From Fidelibacterota bacterium (lineage in GTDB: Bacteria; Fidelibacterota; UBA8477; JABMPR01), in NCBI GenBank assembly GCA_016844955.1, contig JAERTH010000039.1, positions 4,874 to 68,873 of the forward strand: a DNA stretch of 64,000 nucleotides, given 5' to 3'. Below, piece after piece: positions 40,854 to 50,091 of this stretch. The translations under genes and the position numbers were made by a program. The notes below the pieces were generated by a model. The model made no database searches. It had not been told where the DNA came from and worked only from the letters and a program-made list of their open reading frames with translations. How positions within the stretch are numbered: position 1 is the first letter of the stretch; every line of letters starts with the position of its first letter.

Positions 40854-42089
40854 CTATTTTCCCTCATTCATGGCTTCATCGATCAGATGTTGAGCAACAC
40901 TTTTCCAACGCGCATCTTTTGCAGCAATTCGCCAGGCCCCAATTGCTTCTTTTGTACGACCCAGAGCTTTCAAGGCCGTTCCCTTCTCAATGAGAGCGGG
41001 GGCCCAATTCTTTTTCTTTGGGTTAGATGCAGATTTCGATGCTGCAGTAAGCGCTGCAGAGTAGTTACCTGTAAAATTATAGGCTTGAGCCAATCGGTAG
41101 TATGTTGTATATGAAGTTGCCTTACCGGTTAATCCCTTCAGCAGAGAAATGGTAGTCTGATAGTTTTCCTGATCAATATAAATTTTCGATAGTAGTTCGT
41201 AGGCCTTGGTATACTGTTTATCTACTTCAATGGCTTTCTTTAGGTTTTGAATAGCCAGGCTGGTATTCTTCTGACTCTCATAAACCTTTCCGATCACATA
41301 GTATGCTTTTTCATAACTGCCATTGATGGAAATTGACATTTTCAATGATTCTATGGCTTTGCTGTTATTGCCCATCTGACTGTAGAGATTTCCAAGACCA
41401 TACCATGATTTGTAATGGGTAGGATCACTGGTTACCGCATCACGATAAAAATTCTCGGCGGCTTTATAATCACCATCGCGTTTGGCGATATAGGCCAATT
41501 GGTAAAACCCACTGGCAAAAGCAGGATCAACAGCAACGGCTTTCTCGTACTCAACTTTGGCAGACACATAATCTTTGCGCTTGATGTATTTGTGGCCTTC
41601 GCTATAGTGCTTGTTACGCACCATTTCAATAGCTTTGCCATATTTTACTTGTTCAGGGTCAAAGTTCATTGCGTCCCGGAATTTTTCAGCAGCTTTCAAT
41701 GGCTCTTCTAGACGAAAATGAGCCATGCCCATGCTGAAGTAAGCCTCGCCTTTTAGCATTCCCCAAACGTCATGGGGTGAAGCATCCATGGCATTAATGG
41801 CATCGCCATATTTTTTAAGTGCTTCTGTATATGCACGTTGATCTTGTGCCCGTCCGCCATCAGCCAACAAAATATTTATTTTCTCCAGCGTCTGCCATTC
41901 TGCCTGGATTTCTTTGTACTGATCCTCATCCACTGCTTTCATGGCAGCTTTATAGGCACTATCGGCTGTAGTGATATTAAAATTTTTGATCGCTTCTCGC
42001 GCTGTGGCTACCAGGTCATCTGGGTATTGAGCGGCCAATTGCCCAACTGTTGAGATCAATATTAGTGCTGCTATAGCGAAGTTCTTCAT
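40854..42089 (-). CDS. Exported tetratricopeptide repeat protein
   Basis: Signal peptide; repeated TPR patterns (A..Y..A...DP....A). Confidence 0.88.
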   Translation of the reverse strand: MKNFAIAALILISTVGQLAAQYPDDLVATAREAIKNFNITTADSAYKAAMKAVDEDQYKEIQAEWQTLEKINILLADGGRAQDQRAYTEALKKYGDAINAMDASPHDVWGMLKGEAYFSMGMAHFRLEEPLKAAEKFRDAMNFDPEQVKYGKAIEMVRNKHYSEGHKYIKRKDYVSAKVEYEKAVAVDPAFASGFYQLAYIAKRDGDYKAAENFYRDAVTSDPTHYKSWYGLGNLYSQMGNNSKAIESLKMSISINGSYEKAYYVIGKVYESQKNTSLAIQNLKKAIEVDKQYTKAYELLSKIYIDQENYQTTISLLKGLTGKATSYTTYYRLAQAYNFTGNYSAALTAASKSASNPKKKNWAPALIEKGTALKALGRTKEAIGAWRIAAKDARWKSVAQHLIDEAMNEGK

Positions 42090-42384
42090 GTTGCCTTAAT
42101 CCCTTTAATAATCGCATCCATCTAAGGTCATCTTCCGGGTATCCATTTGGATATTCCCACCCTTATCATCACAAGCCAAAGTCACAAAAAATGCGGCTTG
42201 CCCGTAAAGTGGCGAGCAATATAGGAGACAAGCCTGCCTTTGTCATTGATTTTATTGATACAAACCAGTGTCTAAAAGGACTCTCGCTGAATACGAGTCC
42301 TATTGTTCGCGGCACAGGTAGTCGAACGATCTGGAGGGTAAAAATTTTTCTTTTAAACCAAACCAGGTTCAATAGATTAAAATC

Positions 42385-43053
42385 ATGGATAATAATTTTC
42401 GAGATTTTGCATTGAACACCATCGATGAGCTTGGCTTGTCAGACTATGAAGTAGCCAAATTAACAGGGATTAAAAGCTCCTCAGTCAGCCGTTGGAGAAC
42501 TGGAAAAACAGTTCCCCGGAAGAATAGCCTGAGACACCTGGCACAATTGGCTGGAAGGCAGATAAAATTTGTAAAGTCGGAATCCGGCGTCATGGTTCAT
42601 TGGGTTGATGAGGATCAAGATAATCTGGTTCCCTATGTTCCCCTGCAAAATATTCGGCAGACTATCAAGGTCTACACCTGGAGCCAGAGCGGTACACCAG
42701 ACTTCTTTCGTCGTAATGGGAGTATTGGTCAAAAACCGGTGCATGCGCTTAAGGGGATACCCGATGTGGAGGATCCACTGGCCTATTCACTCATCATTGA
42801 TGAAGAGAATAATCCCCTTGTTGATCCTTACACCAGGTATGGTGATGTTATGATTGTTTCACCTGCTGCCAGTGTGAAGAATGGTGATCATGTCATTGCC
42901 CGACTTTCTGATGGGCGAATCATTTCCCGAAAAATTCAATTTTCAGATGATAATCTATTTTTTACTCGGCATGAAGGTGGTGCTGCAGATTTCAGTGTAA
43001 AATCAGAGGCGGTCAGTTTTTATCACAAAGTAGTTTATATTCGGAAACGCTAG
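42385..43053 (+). CDS. XRE/cI-type HTH regulator with S24-like C-terminal domain
   Basis: GLSDYEVAKLTGIKSSSVSRWRTG HTH; C-terminal YGDVMIVSP...VKNGDHVIARL typical of the S24 fold. Confidence 0.82.
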   Translation: MDNNFRDFALNTIDELGLSDYEVAKLTGIKSSSVSRWRTGKTVPRKNSLRHLAQLAGRQIKFVKSESGVMVHWVDEDQDNLVPYVPLQNIRQTIKVYTWSQSGTPDFFRRNGSIGQKPVHALKGIPDVEDPLAYSLIIDEENNPLVDPYTRYGDVMIVSPAASVKNGDHVIARLSDGRIISRKIQFSDDNLFFTRHEGGAADFSVKSEAVSFYHKVVYIRKR

Positions 43054-43063
43054 TCCCCCATTT

Positions 43064-43250
43064 TCGGAGGCTGAGGCTCCCGAAGCTGGGATAATATTTT
43101 CCTTTCGACTTTCAAGACAAAGGCACTAAGGCTCGAAGTACACGAATCGTTTTTCTGTTGTCTTGTGTTTTTGTGTCTTAGTGGTGAACTTGTAACTAAA
43201 CCGAGGGGATTCATAATCGTGGACTGGACATTTCGGGAGCCTCAATGTCC
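43064..43250. repeat. Inverted pair of REP-like units enclosing short oligomer repeats
   Basis: TGAGGCTCCCGAA at 43072-43084 and its exact reverse complement at 43232-43244. Confidence 0.65.
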
Positions 43251-43252
43251 GG

Positions 43253-43285
43253 AAAAACAAAGAGACCTGAAAAATCAGGTCTCTT
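43253..43285 (-). terminator. Intrinsic terminator downstream of tRNA-Leu
   Basis: Perfect 11-bp stem AAGAGACCTGA/TCAGGTCTCTT (43260-43285), followed on the minus strand by TGTTTTT. Confidence 0.8.
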
Positions 43286-43298
43286 ATGAGGGTTTTTG

Positions 43299-43382
43299 TG
43301 CCGAGAGCGGGATTCGAACCCGCACAAGCGTTAGCTCACTGCCCCCTCAAGACAGCGTGTCTACCAGTTCCACCACCTCGGC
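43299..43382 (-). tRNA. tRNA-Leu (anticodon GAG); CCA not encoded
   Basis: Minus strand GCCGAGGTGGTGGAACTGGTAGACACGCTGTCTTGAGGGGGCAGTGAGCTAACGCTTGTGCGGGTTCGAATCCCGCTCTCGGCA: acceptor stem, GGTA D-loop, long variable arm, GTTCGAATC. Confidence 0.97.
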
Positions 43383-43389
43383 CAAAAAA

Positions 43390-43791
43390 CTATTCAGTAG
43401 TGGGAGTAGCTTCCGTGCTGGTTTCACCAGGCATGGTTGCTGGAGCGTCTGTACCTTCTCCAGGTAATCCCAATTCAGCAGGGGCAGCAGCTTCAAACTG
43501 AGTCCCTGGAACTATCATTTCTTCTTGCAGCTCTCTTTGGAAATCATTCTGACCCCCGGCGCCACCTTTATTGAGGACACCGATTAAAATAATGATCACC
43601 ATAAAAGCTACAGCTAGCCCGCCGGTGAGTTTGGTCAGGAAGTTTCCAGCACCAACACCGCCAAATAGTGCACTGGCTGTGTTGCCACCACCAAAGGTTC
43701 CAGCTAAACCGCCACCTTTACTTGATTGCATGAGAATGACCATCATCAGTAATAATGAGATGATCACTAATATAATGTACAGAAATGTCAT
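43390..43791 (-). CDS. secG: Preprotein translocase subunit SecG
   Basis: ILMQSSKGGGLAGTFGG, NFLTKLT; canonical tpiA-secG-tRNA-Leu order. Confidence 0.95.
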   Translation of the reverse strand: MTFLYIILVIISLLLMMVILMQSSKGGGLAGTFGGGNTASALFGGVGAGNFLTKLTGGLAVAFMVIIILIGVLNKGGAGGQNDFQRELQEEMIVPGTQFEAAAPAELGLPGEGTDAPATMPGETSTEATPTTE

Positions 43792-43800
43792 GAGTTTCTC

Positions 43801-44568
43801 CTACTCGATGGCTCCGGCTTCGTCAATAATGCCCTTGAAGGATTCAAGATTCATACTTGCTCCCCCAACCAAAGCTCCATCTATGTCCTTATTGGACAGT
43901 AAACCTTTTGTATTATCAGGTTTGACACTTCCACCGTAAAGAATCCATGTGGATTCAGCCACATTCTCATCGAACAATGTTTTTAAAGCACCACGGATAA
44001 ATGCGTGAACATCTGCTGCTTGTTCAGGTGAGGCAGTAAGACCGGTACCAATAGCCCATACAGGCTCATAAGCAACAATAACAGTTTCCATCTCAGCTGC
44101 ACTCAGACCTTTCAGCCCCTGTCGCAACTGTTTTGCAATAACCTGCTCAGTGTTCTTTGCTTCACGCTCTTCAATCTTTTCACCCACGCATAAAATGGGT
44201 ATCAAACCTGTTTTCAAAGACCTGTGAACTTTCTTATTAATCCAATCGTTACTCTCACCAAAGACATGACGTCTTTCTGAGTGACCAAGGATTACATACT
44301 CTGTTCCGGTTTCCTGGATCATGGCAGCAGTGATTTCACCTGTAAAGGCTCCAGCCTCTTCCCAATGCATATTCTGGGCGCCAACTTTGAGCTCACTACC
44401 ATTAACCACATCAAAAACCGACTTCAATGCCAAAAAAGGCGGGCATAAAATAACCGAGACCCCATGGGTGTCCAATATATTAATACGCAGTGATTCGGCG
44501 AACTCAGCGGCCGCCTGAGGACCGAAATGCATCTTCCAGTTTCCTGCGACTATCTTATTTCTTTTCAA
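43801..44568 (-). CDS. tpiA: Triosephosphate isomerase
   Basis: AGNWKM, GHSERR, AYEPVWAIGTG, YGGSVK, LVGGAS. Confidence 0.99.
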   Translation of the reverse strand: MKRNKIVAGNWKMHFGPQAAAEFAESLRINILDTHGVSVILCPPFLALKSVFDVVNGSELKVGAQNMHWEEAGAFTGEITAAMIQETGTEYVILGHSERRHVFGESNDWINKKVHRSLKTGLIPILCVGEKIEEREAKNTEQVIAKQLRQGLKGLSAAEMETVIVAYEPVWAIGTGLTASPEQAADVHAFIRGALKTLFDENVAESTWILYGGSVKPDNTKGLLSNKDIDGALVGGASMNLESFKGIIDEAGAIE

Positions 44569-45771
44569 TTATTTAGCTCCTTTCAAAGCTTCAAAAGCAG
44601 GTAAATCTATCCCACTTAGCAATTCCAGTGACGCACCGCCACCGGTGGAGGTGTGAGTTACACATCCATCCAAATTAAATTTACTGAGAGCAGCTGCACT
44701 ATCCCCTCCACCAACAATGGTGGTAGCGCCCTGTTCAGTGATGGCACAAAGCTTTTCAGCAATGGCCTTGGTTCCACGTTGGAAGGGAGTCATCTCAAAA
44801 ACACCCATGGGACCATTCCATAACACGGTTTTCGATTCATCGAGAATAGCCTCAAATGACTTAACCGTTCTGCCCCCAATATCCAATCCCATAAGGTCAT
44901 CTTCCAGACCTCTAATGGGCAGTTCAACACTTTCAGCTGTTTCTGCAAATTCTCTGGCGGCAATACAGTCCGAAGGTAGGACCAAATTAACACCTTTTTT
45001 AAGACAGAGATCAATAACATCTGCTGCGAACTGAAGGCGATCTTCTTCTACAAGTGATGAACCAACATTGTGGTTCAGAGGTGGTGCACTGAGAAAGGTG
45101 AATGCCATTCCACCACCGATCAAAATATTATCAGCAACTTCCGCCAGGCGTTTCAGCAAATCGATTTTGCCACTGATCTTTGAGCCCCCCATGACCACGG
45201 TAAAGGGTCGTGCTGGTGATTCAATGGCTTTAACCAGGAAGTCGATTTCTTTCATAAGCAGAAAGCCGGCTGCCTTCTCCTGAAAATACTCAGTCATGCC
45301 CACATTTGAAGCGTGGGCGCGGTGAGCGGTTCCAAAGGCATCGTTCACATAAACATCAGCCAGGGAAGCCAATTGCTGTGAAAAGGTATCATCGTTATCA
45401 GTTTCAGCTTTATGGTAGCGGAGGTTTTCAAGGAGAAGAATCTGGCCAGCACCTAAAGCGGCAGCCATTTTTTCAACCTCAGGTCCCACACAATCGGAAG
45501 CAAACAAAACTTCAGCATCAACCATTCCACGCAGAGATTCAGCCACGGGAGCCAGGCTCATTTCTGGAACGGCCTTTCCCTTGGGACGTCCCAGGTGAGA
45601 TGCCAGAATAACTGCAGCACCTGCATCCAAGAGGAACTTGATGGTAGGTAGTGATGACTGAATACGAAAATCATCAGTCACATTTCCATCAGCATCCAGA
45701 GGAACATTATAATCAGTCCTTACAAATACTTTCTTGCCACCTACGGCAAGATCACGGACATGTTTAGGCAT
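44569..45771 (-). CDS. pgk: Phosphoglycerate kinase
   Basis: DYNVP, SHLGRP, LENLRY, NDAFGTAHR, WNGPMG, STGGGASL. Confidence 0.99.
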   Translation of the reverse strand: MPKHVRDLAVGGKKVFVRTDYNVPLDADGNVTDDFRIQSSLPTIKFLLDAGAAVILASHLGRPKGKAVPEMSLAPVAESLRGMVDAEVLFASDCVGPEVEKMAAALGAGQILLLENLRYHKAETDNDDTFSQQLASLADVYVNDAFGTAHRAHASNVGMTEYFQEKAAGFLLMKEIDFLVKAIESPARPFTVVMGGSKISGKIDLLKRLAEVADNILIGGGMAFTFLSAPPLNHNVGSSLVEEDRLQFAADVIDLCLKKGVNLVLPSDCIAAREFAETAESVELPIRGLEDDLMGLDIGGRTVKSFEAILDESKTVLWNGPMGVFEMTPFQRGTKAIAEKLCAITEQGATTIVGGGDSAAALSKFNLDGCVTHTSTGGGASLELLSGIDLPAFEALKGAK

Positions 45772-45796
45772 ATCATCAATCCTTACAATGGAAGAC

Positions 45797-46981
45797 TTAC
45801 TGAGCGTTCTTCAGAGCATCTGCCAATGAAACGTGCAGATCGAACTTGAATTTTTCCACATTGATTTTAGGCTCGTGCCAGACACCATAATTGTTAGCCA
45901 TGATTGACTTGATGAGATAGCTCTGGGTCAAGGCTTCAGTAGTTTTCTTGTCATACCAGCGAATATCAACCTTGGCGGCGTTTTCATTAACCGCTCCCAG
46001 CAAAGCACTCAAGAAGGTCTGACGATTTTCAGTATCAGTGTTGATTTTGGCAAAACCAGCACCAATCAACCCCTGAATCTGTTCCCAGTCAGTTCCTACG
46101 AAGTTTTTCCAGGTCTGTCCATATTTGTCGGACATATTGGAGCCCAGGGCTTCCAGTTGTTCAACAGCATACTCAACCACCTGTGGGTAAAGTGTAGATG
46201 CACCGTGAGCCACAAAAATGGTCTCGGGTTGTACACGATCAGCAATCTTCAGTAATTCATGGGCCAACTCGATGTTGAGTTTAACCTTTGTACCTGGTTT
46301 TCCTTTATTGGGACCGTGCATGGTTCCAATAGTTGGAGCAATCATCAAAACACCAGTTTCAGTGATGAATTGTTCAAAGTCTTCAGGATTGGTATAGGTT
46401 GAAATTTCAGATTTGGTATCTTCGTCCTCTTCACCGGCCAAAACACCCAATTCACCTTCAACAGAAACACCCAATGGGTGCGCCATATTTACAACTTCAC
46501 GGGTATATCCAATATTTTCTTCAAGAGAACGAGCGCATTTGTTAACATGGTCAGTTGAGTTATCAGCCATGACGCTGGTAAGATGCTGAACTGCTCCCTG
46601 AACAACCTTACGGCCACCTTCAGAAGTATAGTCACCATGATCCAAGTGTGTGGCAATTTTCACTGTAGAACGTTTGGCTCTGGCACCAATATAGTCAGCT
46701 GCAATCTCAAGACCGCTAATCGCATCACCTGCACCAAAATGTTTCAAAGCACTGTTGGAGAGCGCCAGCACACCAGATGAACCGAGGATTTCAAAAGCAT
46801 CAAAAGCTGCATTGATACCTTGAATTGTTGTAATATTGAATGCAGGCAGGGCATAGGAAGCGCCTTTTGAATTTCCTTTTTCTCCCAATTTTGCTTTCAG
46901 AGTCAGTGCGTGGGCGCTGACCAGGTTGTCTGAAAATCTTCTTGAAGTGTTTAATTTTGGTGGGTTGTCGTAGGGTTTCAT
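45797..46981 (-). CDS. fba: Class II fructose-bisphosphate aldolase (divergent)
   Basis: PAFN, HLDH, EGELG, GTMHG, VAHGAS, KINTDT; upstream of pgk-tpiA. Confidence 0.85.
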   Translation of the reverse strand: MKPYDNPPKLNTSRRFSDNLVSAHALTLKAKLGEKGNSKGASYALPAFNITTIQGINAAFDAFEILGSSGVLALSNSALKHFGAGDAISGLEIAADYIGARAKRSTVKIATHLDHGDYTSEGGRKVVQGAVQHLTSVMADNSTDHVNKCARSLEENIGYTREVVNMAHPLGVSVEGELGVLAGEEDEDTKSEISTYTNPEDFEQFITETGVLMIAPTIGTMHGPNKGKPGTKVKLNIELAHELLKIADRVQPETIFVAHGASTLYPQVVEYAVEQLEALGSNMSDKYGQTWKNFVGTDWEQIQGLIGAGFAKINTDTENRQTFLSALLGAVNENAAKVDIRWYDKKTTEALTQSYLIKSIMANNYGVWHEPKINVEKFKFDLHVSLADALKNAQ

Positions 46982-47048
46982 GCTGCATTCTCCAAATCTA
47001 TGTTAAAAACTACTGTTACTATTAAACTTAACCGTTTCAATACTTTTC

Positions 47049-47072
47049 TAGTAACTCACGCGCCAGTTACTA
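47049..47072. promoter_or_regulatory. Candidate operator upstream of fba-pgk-tpiA
   Basis: Perfect inverted repeat TAGTAACT-N8-AGTTACTA about 70 bp upstream of the fba start. Confidence 0.45.
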
Positions 47073-47097
47073 CAAAAACCAGACCAAGTCAAGTGTT

Positions 47098-47802
47098 CTA
47101 GAACTTTGGTGTAGAAAGCGTCAGTAAATCAATTCTGCCTGCTCCAGCCTCGCGCAATACAGCTGCTAGCGCATTGGCAGTGGCACCTGTAGTAAGCACA
47201 TCATCCACCAATAATATCTGTCTGTTTTCAATCTTTGATGGATCGCTCACTTTAAAGGCCTTCGCGACGTTTTCAGATCGTTCAGCAGCATTCAATTGCG
47301 TCTGACTGCGGGTATATTTTATACGAGTCACCAGGTGACTCCCCAGTTCTGCATTTAACAACTTGCCTAGCCAATTGCTCACATCATCAACTTGGTTATA
47401 TCCACGCTCCCTAAGTTTTCTGGGATGCAGGGGAATGGAAAGGACCAGATCAAATGTCTGATGAGAGAGTTGTTCATAAATAGCTTTCTGGTAATGATCC
47501 AGAACGACTCCAACTGATTTACGGCGTCTCGAATATTTCAAATGGTGGATCAGGTTCTGGAAGGCCTCGTCAAAATCAAAAAGTGCCCAGGCTGTATCTA
47601 AATATATTTCTCCTGGAACCGAAAATTTGGAGTGGGTTTTCCCCAGAAGCTTGAAATTTGACAGACACGATGTACAGAGCTCTTTTTCATACTCCTCCAA
47701 ACGCTGCTCACAACAGAGACAAATGGGAGGATAGATCAGGTCCATTACTCCAGAAAAGAGCGAACGCACAGCAATGCTGATATGATTGGATAAATTCTGC
47801 AT
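47098..47802 (-). CDS. comF: ComF family amidophosphoribosyltransferase-like protein
   Basis: CxxC...CxxC zinc ribbon, RGYNQ, LLVDDVLTTGAT. Confidence 0.9.
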   Translation of the reverse strand: MQNLSNHISIAVRSLFSGVMDLIYPPICLCCEQRLEEYEKELCTSCLSNFKLLGKTHSKFSVPGEIYLDTAWALFDFDEAFQNLIHHLKYSRRRKSVGVVLDHYQKAIYEQLSHQTFDLVLSIPLHPRKLRERGYNQVDDVSNWLGKLLNAELGSHLVTRIKYTRSQTQLNAAERSENVAKAFKVSDPSKIENRQILLVDDVLTTGATANALAAVLREAGAGRIDLLTLSTPKF

Positions 47803-47844
47803 GATTGTAGCTGCCTCACCAAACAGGTGGGGGTTTAAGTGGTT

Positions 47845-48720
47845 TTACTGGATCAGAAGGGCAGAACCAATTACCGGGGCAGCATCACCCAGGGCCGCTG
47901 GTTCAATCCTCAGTCTTCCTTTTTGATTTGAAAAGAGATGTGCATCAACTACTTCCCTCAGGGAATCAATAAAAAAATCAAATCCAGCTGCCAACGAGCC
48001 ACCAATAACGATAATTCCCGGATCAAGAAGATGATTCACATAAACTAGAGAGTGTCCTACAGACCTGCCCAGCAAGCTCCAAGCTGCCAGTGCATCTGGG
48101 TCATCTGCTTGGGCTAGTTCATATATTTGGAGCCCACTTTTATCCACACCGGAAATGGATTTATAATTACGCTCCAATGCTGGACCTGAAGCGTAGTCTT
48201 CAAAAGTGCCGTCATTGTAGGGTGCAAGACCATATTCTGTGGCCGTTCCATGGGCACCACTGAGAATGCGGCCATCCCAGACAAACCCATGCCCATAGCC
48301 AGTTCCAAGTGTAATGCCGTACACCAGAGATTCACCTTTACCTGCGCCTGAAACAGCTTCACCCAAAACAAACACATTGGCATCATTGTTCATCTTTACC
48401 GGAACCTCAAAATGGGTCTGCAAGCGTGCCACCAGTGGGTAATTCTGAATAGCGGGCGTGTTGGGAGTTTCCATAACTGCGTCATGGGTGTCATTCAAGG
48501 GTCCTGGTGCTCCAACACCAACTCCCCTAAGCTCAAATCCACCTGACTCATTGACCATTGCCTTAATCTTATCAGCTATAGCTGCCATTATATCGTCACC
48601 ATGGCTGAACTGTGACATAGCAATTTTGTCCGCCAGCTCTACCAGGTTTCCAGAGTCATCAACCAGACCAATTCGAATTTTAGTTCCGCCAATATCAATA
48701 CCGGCACGTACGTATATCAT
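47845..48720 (-). CDS. ROK family sugar kinase
   Basis: GIDIGGT, GVGAPGP, NDAN, LGTGYG, IVIGGS; no N-terminal HTH. Confidence 0.9.
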   Translation of the reverse strand: MIYVRAGIDIGGTKIRIGLVDDSGNLVELADKIAMSQFSHGDDIMAAIADKIKAMVNESGGFELRGVGVGAPGPLNDTHDAVMETPNTPAIQNYPLVARLQTHFEVPVKMNNDANVFVLGEAVSGAGKGESLVYGITLGTGYGHGFVWDGRILSGAHGTATEYGLAPYNDGTFEDYASGPALERNYKSISGVDKSGLQIYELAQADDPDALAAWSLLGRSVGHSLVYVNHLLDPGIIVIGGSLAAGFDFFIDSLREVVDAHLFSNQKGRLRIEPAALGDAAPVIGSALLIQ

Positions 48721-48738
48721 GCTAAGAGTTCCATTATG

Positions 48739-50091
48739 CTATTTTAGATATCTTTCCCAATTGTAGTCCTGCACCTCATCTCTGGCGTCAGAATGAACCA
48801 ACTGGAAACTACCATAACCCGTGCGATCCACAAAAATGAACTGAACACCGCCTTCAATTTCATAGTAATGCCACGTCTCCCAGGGTTTTTGTCCCAGAGA
48901 GGATGGGTAGCGATCAATATTATTGGGTTTACCATACTTGATGAGTACCCGTCCCCTGTCCGTTTTCCAACCAGCTTCGGTCTCAAGACTGTACTCTCTA
49001 TTGGCCAGTTGAACCCGGCTATAAAACTCATTCTTGAACTCATTAACCTTTGTATCCGGGTCAGGGTCATTTCTATCCCAGAATGCGGTTAACACATTTC
49101 TTTTTCCATCAATATCGGAACGCTTGTACAGGCGTTCATCATTCTTCTCCATGATGATACTGACCACTGCAAAGATTTCATCTATTTGGGTTTCATTGAC
49201 ATTGGCGTAGTCATTTTCTGTCGCCGAGGGTTCCCTGCTTTTCTTTTGCGGTTTCAGAACATAAAAAGTGCGTAACTGATTCACATTTTTATCAGTGCTC
49301 AAATCCGTTGCAGTCACAGAGAGCTTGTATATACCAGATGCCAACCCAGCTGTATTCATCCCCCCCCATTCTACTGCTGATACACCCGGCATCTTCTTGG
49401 TGCGCTCCGGCAAATCCAGCACCACCTCATCGTTCAGAGATAAAACCTGGGTATGGAGTTTGTAATTACCTTCCCCCGAAAGACCATAAATCTCAAAATA
49501 GTGATACAACATGGGCGCAGCCTGGGTAAAAGTTCTCTGGGCATTGGGAATTATATCCTGACCATACTTTGTGAACTCATTCTCTTTGGTTGCCTTGACT
49601 ATCTGAGAAGCGATAGTAATATCAGATAACTTCAATTCAGAAGGGGGTGTCAGTTCCAGAGAAACTGACCTTCTCAGCCGTTGGCGTTTTTTTGAATGTG
49701 CATCAATAACATCAACCTGAAGAATATACTCACCTGCCTCAACAAAAAATTTGCTGATATCAGGTACATAGTTCATGGTGGAAATTGCGTCACGATCTTT
49801 AACCCGAAAGATCTTCTGCCAGCGGTCTGGTGGATAGGGAACCAGGTCATCCTGAATGAGGGCAGCCTGCATCACTACCAATGCTTCCAATCCTGACTCG
49901 CCTTCAATATAGGTAAAGGCTGACTGTGGTATCATCAGGTAGACATCCAAATAGACACCACCCTCAATGGAAAAGCGGGAATAGTCTAGCGATACTCCAA
50001 AGTCTACATCGGTATAGTTATCAGCCGCCACAGCAGCTAATGCAAGCGAGAGTAGGAAAACGACCCTTTTAAGTAAATTGTACTGAGACAA
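48739..50091 (-). CDS. GWxTD domain-containing exported protein
   Basis: Signal peptide; FWDRNDPDP.T..NE, GWKTDRGRVLIKYGKP. Confidence 0.88.
   Translation of the reverse strand: MSQYNLLKRVVFLLSLALAAVAADNYTDVDFGVSLDYSRFSIEGGVYLDVYLMIPQSAFTYIEGESGLEALVVMQAALIQDDLVPYPPDRWQKIFRVKDRDAISTMNYVPDISKFFVEAGEYILQVDVIDAHSKKRQRLRRSVSLELTPPSELKLSDITIASQIVKATKENEFTKYGQDIIPNAQRTFTQAAPMLYHYFEIYGLSGEGNYKLHTQVLSLNDEVVLDLPERTKKMPGVSAVEWGGMNTAGLASGIYKLSVTATDLSTDKNVNQLRTFYVLKPQKKSREPSATENDYANVNETQIDEIFAVVSIIMEKNDERLYKRSDIDGKRNVLTAFWDRNDPDPDTKVNEFKNEFYSRVQLANREYSLETEAGWKTDRGRVLIKYGKPNNIDRYPSSLGQKPWETWHYYEIEGGVQFIFVDRTGYGSFQLVHSDARDEVQDYNWERYLK

Noticed and set aside
42090-42384. Adjacent hairpins (AGGACTC/GAGTCCT, TGTTCG/CGAACG) as a riboswitch or sRNA
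   Set aside because: No conserved motif of any RNA family I recognise; an Rfam/Infernal search would be needed
42385-43382. Prophage or island integrated at tRNA-Leu
   Set aside because: No integrase or phage genes, and I found no duplicated tRNA 3' end (att) in the window; only a lone repressor-like gene
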